Shown here piece by piece: positions 8,267 through 17,563 of a stretch of DNA of 64,000 nucleotides. Source of the DNA: a virus. Below the pieces are notes generated by a model. It was given only the letters and a program-made list of their open reading frames with translations, made no database searches and had not been told where the DNA came from. Location: positions 74,244 to 138,243 of the IMG/VR virus record IMGVR_UViG_3300045988_165974; one strand, written 5' to 3'. Positions within the stretch are counted from its first letter, which is position 1. The number at the start of each line of letters is the position of its first letter. Made by a program: the position numbers and the translations under genes.

Positions 8267-9202
8267 ATGCCAAACTACAAAAGAATTTACAAAGAAAATG
8301 AAACAGGAGGGCAAGATGTTATTGGTTATATAAAACCCAATGAAACAGTAAGAGTTGTAAAGAATCTAACTCCTCAACAAATAGCTATTATAAATCAAAA
8401 AGACGAACTTAAAGAGCATTGTAGAGAATTAGGTGGATTTATTCATGTTTGTTATGTAAAAAATGAATTGCTATTTAATAATTTAAATTTAACAAGACCC
8501 ACAATCACGAGACTAATTTACTTAGCTACATATATTGATTATAATAACAGGGATTCAAATTTATTAGTAAAATACGGAAAGAATCACAAATTAGAACCAT
8601 TGAAGAAAAAAGATATAGAAAATCTAATGAGACTTTCAAACCCATCTTTTCTTAAATTTTTTAATGAAATAAAAGAAAAGGGAATATTATTTGAAGACAA
8701 TAAGAAATATTATTTATCAAATAAATATTTTTCTAAAGGGCAAAGTATTTATAAAAAGAAAGAATATACTAGAATTTTTATTGACTCTACCAGATTTTTC
8801 TATCAAAATTCAACTAGTAGGCAACACACACAATTGTCATATGTTTTTCAATTAATTCCATTTTTGCATTACGAAACAAATATTTTATGTAGAAATCCAG
8901 ATGAACTAGATATAGATAATTTAGATATATTATCTTTGAGGGATATATGTGAATTACTTAAAATTAAAACAAGCTACGAACAAATGAGTAGAGTTGAAAA
9001 TTCTTTATTAAAATTCAAGTTAATATTTAACGATAAAAAATACCATTTATTTAAAAGAATAATAGTCAAAGGAGAAGATGAAAAAGTAGATTATTTTATA
9101 ACTAATCCGCTATTGATTTGGAAAGGAAGTGATGTGGATAAAAACAAAGAAACTATTGAAAAATTGTATTTTTCTAACAAAAAGAACAAGGTTTCACACT
9201 AA
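8267..9202 (+). CDS. Rep/wHTH-like protein (putative replication initiator or regulator)
   Basis: 311-aa ORF with a AAGGAG RBS. It is a paralog of 1..334 and of the relic at 44341..44484. The central ...LTRPTITRLIYLATYI... looks wHTH-like. Function is an inference from the iteron context of its paralog. Confidence 0.6.
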   Translation: MPNYKRIYKENETGGQDVIGYIKPNETVRVVKNLTPQQIAIINQKDELKEHCRELGGFIHVCYVKNELLFNNLNLTRPTITRLIYLATYIDYNNRDSNLLVKYGKNHKLEPLKKKDIENLMRLSNPSFLKFFNEIKEKGILFEDNKKYYLSNKYFSKGQSIYKKKEYTRIFIDSTRFFYQNSTSRQHTQLSYVFQLIPFLHYETNILCRNPDELDIDNLDILSLRDICELLKIKTSYEQMSRVENSLLKFKLIFNDKKYHLFKRIIVKGEDEKVDYFITNPLLIWKGSDVDKNKETIEKLYFSNKKNKVSH

Positions 9203-9370
9203 GTTTTGAAAAATAGCCTAAAACCTCACACTAAATTTTATGTTAAAAACAGTTAATTAGATAGAAAAATATAACCAGATAGTATATTTTTTATTGCTCG
9301 ACTGTTATTATTATTAGACTACATACTACTAAACCATTCATACAGTATAATATTTTTAAGGAGGAAAATT

Positions 9371-10336
9371 ATGAATAAATTTTTAAAAGAAATTGAGAAA
9401 ACAAATAAAATAGCCTTATTAACTTACGGAGGTAGCTATGCATATGGAACAAATGTAGAGGGCTCTGACATTGATTTAAGGGGCATATTTTTACCATCTA
9501 AATTAGAAATACTATCTATGACTTGCTGCGACAAGGCTCTTACGGATAATGAAACAGATACTGTTATGTATCCCTTAAAACAAATGATTCAATTATTATG
9601 TAATGCAAATCCTAATACAATTGAAATATTAGGGACTAGAGAACAGGATATATTTAAGATATCTAAAGAGGGACAAATGCTTAAAGATAATGTAGATTTA
9701 TTTTTAACAAAAGGAAAAGTTCATTCTGCACTCTTAGGATATGCTCAAAATCAATTGAGAAGATTAAAAAATGCAATAGCTCGAGATGATTTAGAACAGA
9801 CAGAAAAAGAGAAACATATTTTACAGTCTGTTGAAAAGAGAATGTCTACTTTCGAGCAATCATATGCTCCAATAACAAACGGAGAATTAAAGCTGCACAT
9901 AGAAAAATCAAATAAAGAAGATTTAGAAGAGGAAATTATGATAGACATGTGCTTAAAAAATTATCCATTACGAGACTGTAAAAAAATGTTAGATGAAATG
10001 GCAATAACCTTAAAACAATATGGAAAATTAAATCACAGAAATAAAAAGAAAGACGAACAACATCTTCTGAAACATTCTATGCACCTTGTGAGACTTTATT
10101 TAATGGGAATTGATATATTACAAGGAAATGGAATTAAAACTTACAGAGAGGACGACAGGGAGTTATTATTAGATATTAGAAATGGCAAATATTCTTATGA
10201 ACAAATTTATAATATGGCAGAAAAATTAGAAGAAGAATTTAAAGATGCATTACAGACAAGCAGCTTACCTGAGAAATTAGATTATGATAAAATAAATAAT
10301 TTAGTTGCAGAAATAAACAAACAAATATTGAAATAA
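9371..10336 (+). CDS. Pol-beta superfamily nucleotidyltransferase (RlaP/DUF4037-like)
   Basis: The N-terminus ...LLTYGGSYAYGTNVEGSDIDLRGIF... has the GS...D-x-D NTase motif. An AAGGAGG RBS precedes the start. Confidence 0.7.
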   Translation: MNKFLKEIEKTNKIALLTYGGSYAYGTNVEGSDIDLRGIFLPSKLEILSMTCCDKALTDNETDTVMYPLKQMIQLLCNANPNTIEILGTREQDIFKISKEGQMLKDNVDLFLTKGKVHSALLGYAQNQLRRLKNAIARDDLEQTEKEKHILQSVEKRMSTFEQSYAPITNGELKLHIEKSNKEDLEEEIMIDMCLKNYPLRDCKKMLDEMAITLKQYGKLNHRNKKKDEQHLLKHSMHLVRLYLMGIDILQGNGIKTYREDDRELLLDIRNGKYSYEQIYNMAEKLEEEFKDALQTSSLPEKLDYDKINNLVAEINKQILK

Positions 10337-10361
10337 AAATATTATTTTTTTAGAAATCCAC

Positions 10362-10390
10362 TTGATAGTTTAATATAAAAATGCTATTAT
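10362..10390 (+). promoter_or_regulatory. Sigma-A type promoter
   Basis: TTGATA (10362-10367), a 17-nt spacer, then TATTAT (10385-10390). Confidence 0.5.
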
Positions 10391-10415
10391 TTATGTATGT
10401 AGAGGGGGTTATAAA

Positions 10416-10673
10416 ATGAGAATGACAAGTAGAAGATTCAATAATATGGTTAAGAAAGTCATCGAAAGAAAAAAAGATAAATTAAAGGACTACAGAGTTG
10501 ACGATGTTGCTTTTTATAATGTAAACATCAGAAAACAATATAAAAAAGACGAATATGAAATTATCGTATCTGTTGATGAAATAGAAGTACCAAATATACT
10601 TATTCGTGATATCGTAGAAGAAACAGCAGAAATATTAGGGATTAAGGTATATCGAATATTAGTAGAATTATAA
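10416..10673 (+). CDS. Hypothetical protein
   Basis: 85-aa ORF with a GAGGGGG RBS. Confidence 0.6.
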   Translation: MRMTSRRFNNMVKKVIERKKDKLKDYRVDDVAFYNVNIRKQYKKDEYEIIVSVDEIEVPNILIRDIVEETAEILGIKVYRILVEL

Positions 10674-10680
10674 AAGTAAG

Positions 10681-10703
10681 GAGGAGATTTTCTCCTCTTT
10701 ATT
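10681..10703 (+). terminator. Intrinsic terminator
   Basis: GAGGAGA-TTT-TCTCCTC followed by TTTATT. Confidence 0.6.
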
Positions 10704-10714
10704 AAAAAAAGAAG

Positions 10715-10743
10715 TTGACATATTATTATAAAAATGCTAATAT
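10715..10743 (+). promoter_or_regulatory. Sigma-A type promoter (conserved family)
   Basis: TTGACA (10715-10720), a 17-nt spacer, then TAATAT (10738-10743). Confidence 0.6.
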
Positions 10744-10767
10744 ATAAATATACAAGGGAGGTTGAAA

Positions 10768-11718
10768 ATGCTAAAACTTATAACTCATAATGATTTAGAT
10801 GGAGTTGGGTGTGGGATTATTGCAAGCTACATACTAGGGAATGGAATAGACATAAGTTATTGCAGTAATCATCAGGTCGATAAAGTTTTTTCAGATACAT
10901 TATCTAGTGGAGAATATGAAATGATAATTTTAACAGATGTAAGTATCAATAAAGAAAATGCAGAAAAAGTTAAAGAATCAGATATGAATGTTCTTTTATT
11001 AGACCATCATCCAACTGCACTTTGGTTAAATGAATATCCGTTTGCTAAAGTTCTTATAGGAGATACAGATGGAACAAAGACTTGTGGAACTCAATTATTT
11101 GCAAGTTTCCTTTATCAATCAATGGAGGAAGATAAAGATTTCCACAAAGGTAGAAAAATGTTTGAAATGGTTACAAATAAAGTTCTTTGGAAATTTGTAA
11201 AACTAGTAACCTATTGGGACACATGGCAATGGAAAGAAGAAAATATATTAGAAGCAAAAGAGCTTAATATGTTATTTGACATTTATGGACTTGAAGAATT
11301 TTCAAAGTTAATTAAAAAGAAATTTGAAAACTATGAACTATATGGAGACGATTCTAGTTTCTTTGGAATGGCAGAAAGGCATGTATTAAAATTAAGACAA
11401 AGAGAAATAGATGATTTGTTCAAAAAGAAAAACAAATCACTAAAGAAAACTAAATTCGAAGGTTATAATGTTGGAGTTATATTCTGTGATAGATTTTATT
11501 CAGAAATAGGAAATAGAATTTGTGAAGAGAATTCTGACATAGATTTTGTAGTTATGTTACAAGACCATACTACAAGCCTTAGAGGTATAGATAAAGTTAA
11601 TTTAGGAGATATCGCCAAAAAATATGGTGGTGGAGGACATAATAATGCCGCAGGATTCCCAATTGGTGCGGTAAATTTTATAGATGAAATATTGGGTGAT
11701 ATGAATGATTTCTTATAA
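10768..11718 (+). CDS. DHH/DHHA1 family phosphoesterase (NrnA/RecJ-core-like)
   Basis: Motifs ITHNDLDGVGCG, LLLDHHP and YGGGGHNNAAGF (DHHA1 GGGH). ATG 10768 follows a GGGAGG RBS. Confidence 0.8.
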   Translation: MLKLITHNDLDGVGCGIIASYILGNGIDISYCSNHQVDKVFSDTLSSGEYEMIILTDVSINKENAEKVKESDMNVLLLDHHPTALWLNEYPFAKVLIGDTDGTKTCGTQLFASFLYQSMEEDKDFHKGRKMFEMVTNKVLWKFVKLVTYWDTWQWKEENILEAKELNMLFDIYGLEEFSKLIKKKFENYELYGDDSSFFGMAERHVLKLRQREIDDLFKKKNKSLKKTKFEGYNVGVIFCDRFYSEIGNRICEENSDIDFVVMLQDHTTSLRGIDKVNLGDIAKKYGGGGHNNAAGFPIGAVNFIDEILGDMNDFL

Positions 11719-12271
11719 GGTTGCATTTACTGGACATAGACCAAATGGTTTATATGGGTATGATATGAATGCCTATAAATATATTGAATTAGAACTTAAA
11801 ATTGAGCAAATTATCAGATGGTTAATTCAAAAGTATGGTTCTAATGATTTTTATACAGGTGGAGCTTTAGGATTTGATACACTTGTAGCAAAAATCTTAA
11901 TAAACTTTAGAAAAAATGAATATCCAAATATTCAAGATTATGTATGTGTTCCTTTTAAAGAGCAATATAAGGCTTGGAGTAAAGAACAAATAAAAGAATG
12001 GTTATATATTGTAAATAATTGTTATAAATCATTTGCAATTGATACAATAGAAGGTTATACTTGTAATAAGGCAGAAATTGGAAAATATCATCCATATAAA
12101 ATGGAATTAAGAAACCAATATATGGTAGATAATTGCGATATTCTTATTGCTTGTTGGAATGAGGAGAAACATGGAGGAACTTACAACTGTGTTAGATATG
12201 CTTTAGAGAATAATAAAAAAGTTTTAGTCATAAACCCTCAAACCTTAAAAACAAATAAAATTAACTTTTAG
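11705..12271 (+). CDS. SLOG-fold DUF1273 (YpsA-like) protein
   Basis: ...VAFTGHRPNGLYGYD...YTGGALGFDTLVAKIL...DILIACWNEEKHGGTYNCVRYA... matches the DUF1273 pattern. Confidence 0.65.
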   Translation: MISYKVAFTGHRPNGLYGYDMNAYKYIELELKIEQIIRWLIQKYGSNDFYTGGALGFDTLVAKILINFRKNEYPNIQDYVCVPFKEQYKAWSKEQIKEWLYIVNNCYKSFAIDTIEGYTCNKAEIGKYHPYKMELRNQYMVDNCDILIACWNEEKHGGTYNCVRYALENNKKVLVINPQTLKTNKINF

Positions 12272-12285
12272 GAGGAGACAAAGAA

Positions 12286-12792
12286 ATGGAAGTTTACAAA
12301 TTATTAGAAAAAGGAATTGGAAGTTTCCCAGGAGATAATGGGACAGAATGGATGAATAAAGAATTCGCCCTTATACACAAAGGAGCTATAGCTACTACAT
12401 TATTTGGGCCACTAGAGTCATCTGATGCAGAATTATTTGGAATTTCAGAACTTACATTCAAAAATCACTTTGTAAGAACTGGAGAAACAAATAATCCAAT
12501 AGTAGAAAAAATAGCAACAATGTATAAAGAAATTTCAACAGATATAGAAAAAGATATATTGTCTGATATGTTAAAAACAAAATTAGAAATATCTGATAAA
12601 GAAGAAAAGAAAAAGGAAACAGTAAATAAGAGTTTAGATTTCTTAGACTTTTTAAATAAAATATTTGATGTAGATACTGATTCAGATGAAGAATGTGATG
12701 TAGATATAGAAGAAAGATTAGACAGAATGGAGCAAAAATTAGATAGAATAGAATCTGTAATAGATAGAATTGCAGCTTTCTGTAAGCTATAA
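12286..12792 (+). CDS. Hypothetical acidic protein
   Basis: 168-aa ORF with a AGGAGGAG RBS and an acidic coiled C-terminus. Confidence 0.6.
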   Translation: MEVYKLLEKGIGSFPGDNGTEWMNKEFALIHKGAIATTLFGPLESSDAELFGISELTFKNHFVRTGETNNPIVEKIATMYKEISTDIEKDILSDMLKTKLEISDKEEKKKETVNKSLDFLDFLNKIFDVDTDSDEECDVDIEERLDRMEQKLDRIESVIDRIAAFCKL

Positions 12793-12803
12793 GATGTTTT
12801 CTA

Positions 12804-12833
12804 GGTAACTAAAATTTTAGTTACCATTTTTTT
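12804..12833 (+). terminator. Intrinsic terminator
   Basis: GGTAACTA (12804-12811) pairs with TAGTTACC (12818-12825), followed by a T7 run. Confidence 0.7.
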
Positions 12834-12843
12834 ATAAATTAAG

Positions 12844-12872
12844 TTGACATACTGATATAAAAAATATATAAT
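12844..12872 (+). promoter_or_regulatory. Sigma-A type promoter (conserved family)
   Basis: TTGACA (12844-12849), a 17-nt spacer, then TATAAT (12867-12872). Confidence 0.65.
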
Positions 12873-12902
12873 TAATATATAAAGATTGGAAGGAGGGCAA
12901 AA

Positions 12903-13700
12903 ATGTTAAAAGTTTTATATTGTAATGAAAACTTAATAATAGATTCTTTAGCAGAAAGCTTAGTCATAGGGGGATTGCCTATGTATGATAAAGTTCCTAC
13001 TAAAGAAGGACTAGAAGATGAAATACAATCTTTAAAATGGAAATTAAAAGTTATATGGAAAAATAAAGTATATTTTACTTTCAATAAGGAAGTAAAACAA
13101 ATAAGACTTAATAAATCTATTTTAGATATGGATTTAAATTATTTATCTAATGAATTTGGGATTGTAGGAATAAATTTAGAACAAAAAATGGACAAAATAA
13201 ATTCAATATGTGAATCCTTAGATGTATATTGTAAAAGAGGTAGAACATTAGGTAATGTTTCAGTAGGAAGTGGGCATAATTCTTTATTTAAAGGGGTTCA
13301 ATTTAACATGATTATTAACTTCCCATTATATTGGCTAAAGGAACTACAGAGGTATCATTTTACAGATATAATATCAAGCCAATCTACTATGCATAAAGTT
13401 TTAAAATTTAATTTAAACGATATGTTTAGTGATGAAGTTGACCCAAGATGTATTGCAGTTATTGAAGATTTAAAAGAAAAATATAATATGGAATCAGATA
13501 AAGATAAGAAAAAACAAATATGGAGAAGAATTATTAACAGTTTGCCAGATGGGTTTAGTATGGCAATGGGCATCACAATGAATTATTTACAATTAACAAC
13601 TATGATTCCCCAAAGAGAAAAACATAAGCTAAGTGAATGGTCCGAAGATTTAATTCCTTTCTTTAAATCTTTACCATATTATGATTTCTTTATACAATAA
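12903..13700 (+). CDS. Hypothetical protein
   Basis: 265-aa ORF with a GGAAGGAGGG RBS. See the rejected ThyX idea. Confidence 0.6.
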   Translation: MLKVLYCNENLIIDSLAESLVIGGLPMYDKVPTKEGLEDEIQSLKWKLKVIWKNKVYFTFNKEVKQIRLNKSILDMDLNYLSNEFGIVGINLEQKMDKINSICESLDVYCKRGRTLGNVSVGSGHNSLFKGVQFNMIINFPLYWLKELQRYHFTDIISSQSTMHKVLKFNLNDMFSDEVDPRCIAVIEDLKEKYNMESDKDKKKQIWRRIINSLPDGFSMAMGITMNYLQLTTMIPQREKHKLSEWSEDLIPFFKSLPYYDFFIQ

Positions 13701-13737
13701 ATAAAAAATATTTAGAAAGAAATTAGGAGGTAAAAAA

Positions 13738-14601
13738 ATGGCAAAAGTAAACATGAAGTCAACAAAAGCAGAAATATTTGAAAAATTACAAGAAGTTGAA
13801 AAGCAACTTGAAGTAGAAAGAAACTCTAAGAAAACAGCAGTAGATGTAGCTCAAGAAAAAGTTGCTACAGAAAGAAAAGTAAAAGCGAATAACCTAGTAG
13901 GGAAAGAAATTCTTTCACAAGAAATAATAGACGGATATAATGCTTTAAAAGAAGAAGAAGTGTCTATAAAGAAAAGAATAAAAGATTTATATGACATAGA
14001 AGTTAATTTAAATACTTTAGATGCTTTAAAAATAGTACATAAAGAAGAACTAGAAAAACATAAAGCAGAATTAGAATCTATTAACGAAGAAATAAAAACT
14101 TCAAAACTTGAAACTCAAAGAGAAAGAGAAGAGGAAGAAAAAGAATATATATTCCAAAGAGATAAAAAGAGAAAAGCAGAACAAAGAGAATATGAAACTC
14201 AAAAGACAGAAAGAGAAATTGCTATCAGAGAAAAAGAAAGAGCAGTTGAAGTTAGGGAAAATGACATAGCAAATAAAGAAGAAGAAATTTCTAATTTATA
14301 TAAAGAAATAACAGAGTTAAAACTTCTTGCAGAAGAAAAATACAAAGAAGGTTTAGAAAAAGGTAAGAAAGACGAATCTAAATCAAATGTGTTTGAAAAG
14401 AGAACTTTAGAAAATAAACATAGTGCTGAAATAGAAAAAATGCAAAATAAAATAGAAATCTTAGAAGATAGCTTATCAACTGAAAAACAAAGAAATGTAG
14501 ATTTATCTTCTAAGTTAGATAAAGCTTATGAAAAAATAAATAATACTGCTTTAGAAGTCGCTAAAAACTCAGGGACTAAAATCTTAAATGACAATAAATA
14601 A
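13738..14601 (+). CDS. Lys/Glu-rich coiled-coil protein
   Basis: 287-aa ORF with an AGGAGG RBS and a long E/K heptad-like composition. Confidence 0.65.
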   Translation: MAKVNMKSTKAEIFEKLQEVEKQLEVERNSKKTAVDVAQEKVATERKVKANNLVGKEILSQEIIDGYNALKEEEVSIKKRIKDLYDIEVNLNTLDALKIVHKEELEKHKAELESINEEIKTSKLETQREREEEEKEYIFQRDKKRKAEQREYETQKTEREIAIREKERAVEVRENDIANKEEEISNLYKEITELKLLAEEKYKEGLEKGKKDESKSNVFEKRTLENKHSAEIEKMQNKIEILEDSLSTEKQRNVDLSSKLDKAYEKINNTALEVAKNSGTKILNDNK

Positions 14602-14624
14602 TATTTAGATGGGAGCTGATATAT

Positions 14625-15572
14625 TTGGCTAAAATAAAATTTAATGAAGTAGTTATATCTGGGGAAGTTCTTGATTTATTTAATCCAAGAATAACTCCAA
14701 TTAAATCTAAAGATGCAGATGGAGTTGAATTTGACAATGAAATGTTATCATATCAAATTCAAGTAGAAACAGGAAAAGACGAAAGTAAAGTTGTTGATAT
14801 TAATTCAAGAAAATTTAACTTTGACGGAACACCTTCTCAAGATTATATGAGAAAGAAAACTTTAGGGAATGACCTAGAAACTAGAGCAGAAAATGAAGAA
14901 GGTGGAGAATTAGTTAGATGTACAGGTTCTTTAATAGGAAATGTTTACTACAATAAAGAGGGCGAATTAGTGCAAGGATATAGAATAGACTGCCAATTCT
15001 GTAATAGAAAATCAGACAGTAAATTCAATATCTATAAAACTCAAAACTGGAAAGCATATGCTCTTATAAAAGAAATTGTAGAAATGGAAGATTCTCTAAA
15101 CGGACAACCTTATTTATTAGTTACTTTAGCTATAAACAAATGGGTTAAAAAAGACAGAACAAATGCTGCTTGGAGTATAGTTAAAGCTAGAACTTATGAC
15201 AATATAGAAGTATTCAAAAAAATGTATAAAGTTGGAGATGTAGCTTTCTTTAAAGGAAAATTTAGTTCTCATATGGTAGAAGAAACAGGTGCATTTGGTG
15301 AATGTAACACTAGGAAAACAGAATCCTTTTTAGAAATAAAAGGAGGGAAACCACCTGTACAAGAAACTCTTGAAAATGGAGAATTTTCTATATTAGATAA
15401 AGAAATATGTTCAGATGAAAAATATCCTTTTACAAAAGAACTTGTTGAAATACAAGAAAAAGCCTATGAAGAAGAATTAGCTAGAGCTAAAGAGAAATGG
15501 GTTAAGAAGAAACAAGAAGAAGTAGACACATCATCACAAATGGAAATAACTGACGATGACATACCATTCTAG
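14625..15572 (+). CDS. ssb: Single-stranded DNA-binding protein (divergent, long)
   Basis: The C-terminus ends ...EITDDDIPF, the canonical SSB acidic tip. It sits next to an ERF recombinase. TTG start after a GGGAG RBS. Confidence 0.65.
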   Translation: MAKIKFNEVVISGEVLDLFNPRITPIKSKDADGVEFDNEMLSYQIQVETGKDESKVVDINSRKFNFDGTPSQDYMRKKTLGNDLETRAENEEGGELVRCTGSLIGNVYYNKEGELVQGYRIDCQFCNRKSDSKFNIYKTQNWKAYALIKEIVEMEDSLNGQPYLLVTLAINKWVKKDRTNAAWSIVKARTYDNIEVFKKMYKVGDVAFFKGKFSSHMVEETGAFGECNTRKTESFLEIKGGKPPVQETLENGEFSILDKEICSDEKYPFTKELVEIQEKAYEEELARAKEKWVKKKQEEVDTSSQMEITDDDIPF

Positions 15573-15668
15573 GAAGGGTTTTAACAGTTAAATAAAATAT
15601 ATAAATATCTATAAATATATTGTAAAATTTTATAGATTTCGATATAATACTATTGAGGTGATAAATAA

Positions 15669-16295
15669 ATGAAATATTACTCAATAGGAGAATTTGCGAA
15701 CCAAATAGGCAAGACGGTTCAAACACTTAGAAATTGGGATAATAAAGGAACTTTAAAACCGCATCATGTAACAGTAGGCGGAACAAGGTATTATTCTCAA
15801 GAACAACTTAATCATTTCTTAGGACTTAAAAATATGGAATCTAAAAATAAAAAAATTATTGGTTATTGCAGAGTTAGTTCTTATAAACAAAAAGACGACC
15901 TTGAAAGGCAAATTGAAAATGTAAAAACATATATGTATGCAAAAGGTTATCAATTCGAGATTATTTCTGATATTGGAAGTGGAATAAACTATAATAAAAA
16001 AGGATTAAATCAATTAATAGATATGATTACTAATTCAGAAATAGATAAGATAGTAGTCCTTCATAAAGATAGATTAATTAGATTTGGATATGAATTAATA
16101 AAAAATCTTTGTGATAAGTATGGGACTACTATTGAAATTATAGATAATACCGAGAGGACAGAAGAACAAGAATTAGTTGAAGATTTAATTCAGATAATCA
16201 CTGTATTTAGCTGTAGACTTCAAGGTAAAAGAGCTAATAAAGCTAAGAAAATGATTAAGGAGTTGATAGAAGATGATACTTGCAAAGAAAGTTAG
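15669..16295 (+). CDS. tnpA: IS607-type TnpA: MerR-like HTH plus serine recombinase
   Basis: The N-terminus reads ...YSIGEFANQIGKTVQTLRNWDNKG... The catalytic region reads ...IIGYCRVSSYKQKDDLERQ... Confidence 0.85.
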   Translation: MKYYSIGEFANQIGKTVQTLRNWDNKGTLKPHHVTVGGTRYYSQEQLNHFLGLKNMESKNKKIIGYCRVSSYKQKDDLERQIENVKTYMYAKGYQFEIISDIGSGINYNKKGLNQLIDMITNSEIDKIVVLHKDRLIRFGYELIKNLCDKYGTTIEIIDNTERTEEQELVEDLIQIITVFSCRLQGKRANKAKKMIKELIEDDTCKES

Positions 16296-17388
16296 ATTGT
16301 GCCCAAGTGAACTACAAGAAGAAAAAATATGGCAATCAGTAGGGACTGCAAGATTTATTTATAATTGGACTTTAAATAGGCAAGATGAAAATTATAAAGG
16401 TGGTGGTAAATTCATACCTGATAGTGTTCTTAGAAAAGAAATAACTCAATTAAAGAAAACTGACTTAAGTTGGTTAAATGAAGTATCTAATAATGTTGCA
16501 AAACAAGCTGTAAAAGATGCCTGTGATTCATATAAAAGATTCTTTAAAGGATTGTCAGGTAAACCTAGATTTAAAAGTAGAAAAAGAAGTAAGAAGTCTT
16601 TTTATCATGACAATGTTAAACTTAAAGTCAAGGATAATAAATTAGTTAAGATTGAAAAGATAGGTTGGATTAAAACTAATGAGCAACTATCTATTGGAGC
16701 TAAATATAGCAATCCAAGAATAAGTTATGATAACAAATATTGGTATTTATCAGTAGGTATAGAACAGGAAGAAATCCAAGAAGAATTAACAGATGCATCA
16801 TTAGGAATAGATTTAGGATTGAAAAACTTAGCAATCTGTTCTGATGGCACAGTATATAAAAATATAAATAAAACTTGTACAGTCAAAAAAATCGAAAAGA
16901 AACTAAAAAGATTACAAAGACAAATAAGTAGAAAGTATGAAAAAAATAAAAAAGGAAAGGAGTATGTCAAAACTAAAAATATTATAAAACTTGAAAAGCA
17001 GATACAACAGACACATAGAAGATTAGCTAATATTAGAAATAACTATCTTCATCAAACTACTACAAGTATAGTGAAAACCAAACCATACAGAGTTGTAATA
17101 GAAGATTTAGCAGTTTCTGATATGATGAAAAATAAACATTTATCTGATGCTATAAGAAAACAAGGATTCTATGAATTTAGAAGACAACTTGAATACAAGT
17201 GCAATTTTAGAGGAATTAAGTTAGTCGTAGCAGATAGATTTTATCCATCGTCAAAAATTTGTAGCCAATGTGGAGAGATTAAGAAGGATTTAAAGATATC
17301 CGATAGAGTATACAAGTGTAATTGTGGGCTTGTGATTGATAGAGATTTAAATGCAAGTATTAATCTTTCTAAATATAAATTAGCATAA
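16273..17388 (+). CDS. tnpB: TnpB RNA-guided endonuclease
   Basis: GIDLGLKNLAI (D), VVIEDLAVSDM (E), a Zn finger CSQCG...CNCG, and IDRDLNASINL (D). Confidence 0.9.
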   Translation: MILAKKVRLCPSELQEEKIWQSVGTARFIYNWTLNRQDENYKGGGKFIPDSVLRKEITQLKKTDLSWLNEVSNNVAKQAVKDACDSYKRFFKGLSGKPRFKSRKRSKKSFYHDNVKLKVKDNKLVKIEKIGWIKTNEQLSIGAKYSNPRISYDNKYWYLSVGIEQEEIQEELTDASLGIDLGLKNLAICSDGTVYKNINKTCTVKKIEKKLKRLQRQISRKYEKNKKGKEYVKTKNIIKLEKQIQQTHRRLANIRNNYLHQTTTSIVKTKPYRVVIEDLAVSDMMKNKHLSDAIRKQGFYEFRRQLEYKCNFRGIKLVVADRFYPSSKICSQCGEIKKDLKISDRVYKCNCGLVIDRDLNASINLSKYKLA

Positions 17389-17556
17389 TATCATTAATAA
17401 GATAATGCTAATATGTAGGATGCGTTGTATCCAAATTTACGCCCTTGGAGAGTTATATCAAACGAAAGTAGGTTGTTATTTATAATTTCCAAAATCGAAT
17501 TCGTAGAACAGGGAATTAAACAAGATTTATAGATATTTATAGATTTTTGGCAACGG
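17389..17556 (+). ncRNA. Putative omega RNA scaffold of the IS607 TnpB
   Basis: Lies 3' of tnpB. It shares TGTAGG...stem...AATTTACG(N)C..TGGA architecture with 4671-4720. Confidence 0.4.
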
Positions 17557-17563
17557 AGTAAAT

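Larger units (their letters stand above)
15590..17556 (+). mobile_element. IS607-family insertion sequence (serine-recombinase TnpA plus TnpB); ends approximate
   Basis: The gene pair overlaps by 23 nt. TTTATAGATTT-type motifs lie near both ends (about 15630-15650 and 17527-17550). It sits between ssb and erf. Confidence 0.6.

Noticed and set aside
12903-13700. ThyX (flavin-dependent thymidylate synthase) call based on ...LQRYHFTDIISSQSTMH...
   Set aside because: It resembles the RHRxxSxxxxSxR motif only loosely (R-Y-H instead of R-H-R) and no other ThyX landmarks were recognised. Left as hypothetical.
13738-14601. Structural (tape-measure or scaffold-like) role for the E/K-rich coiled-coil protein
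   Set aside because: It sits in the early replication and recombination cluster directly before ssb. Composition alone does not support a structural call.
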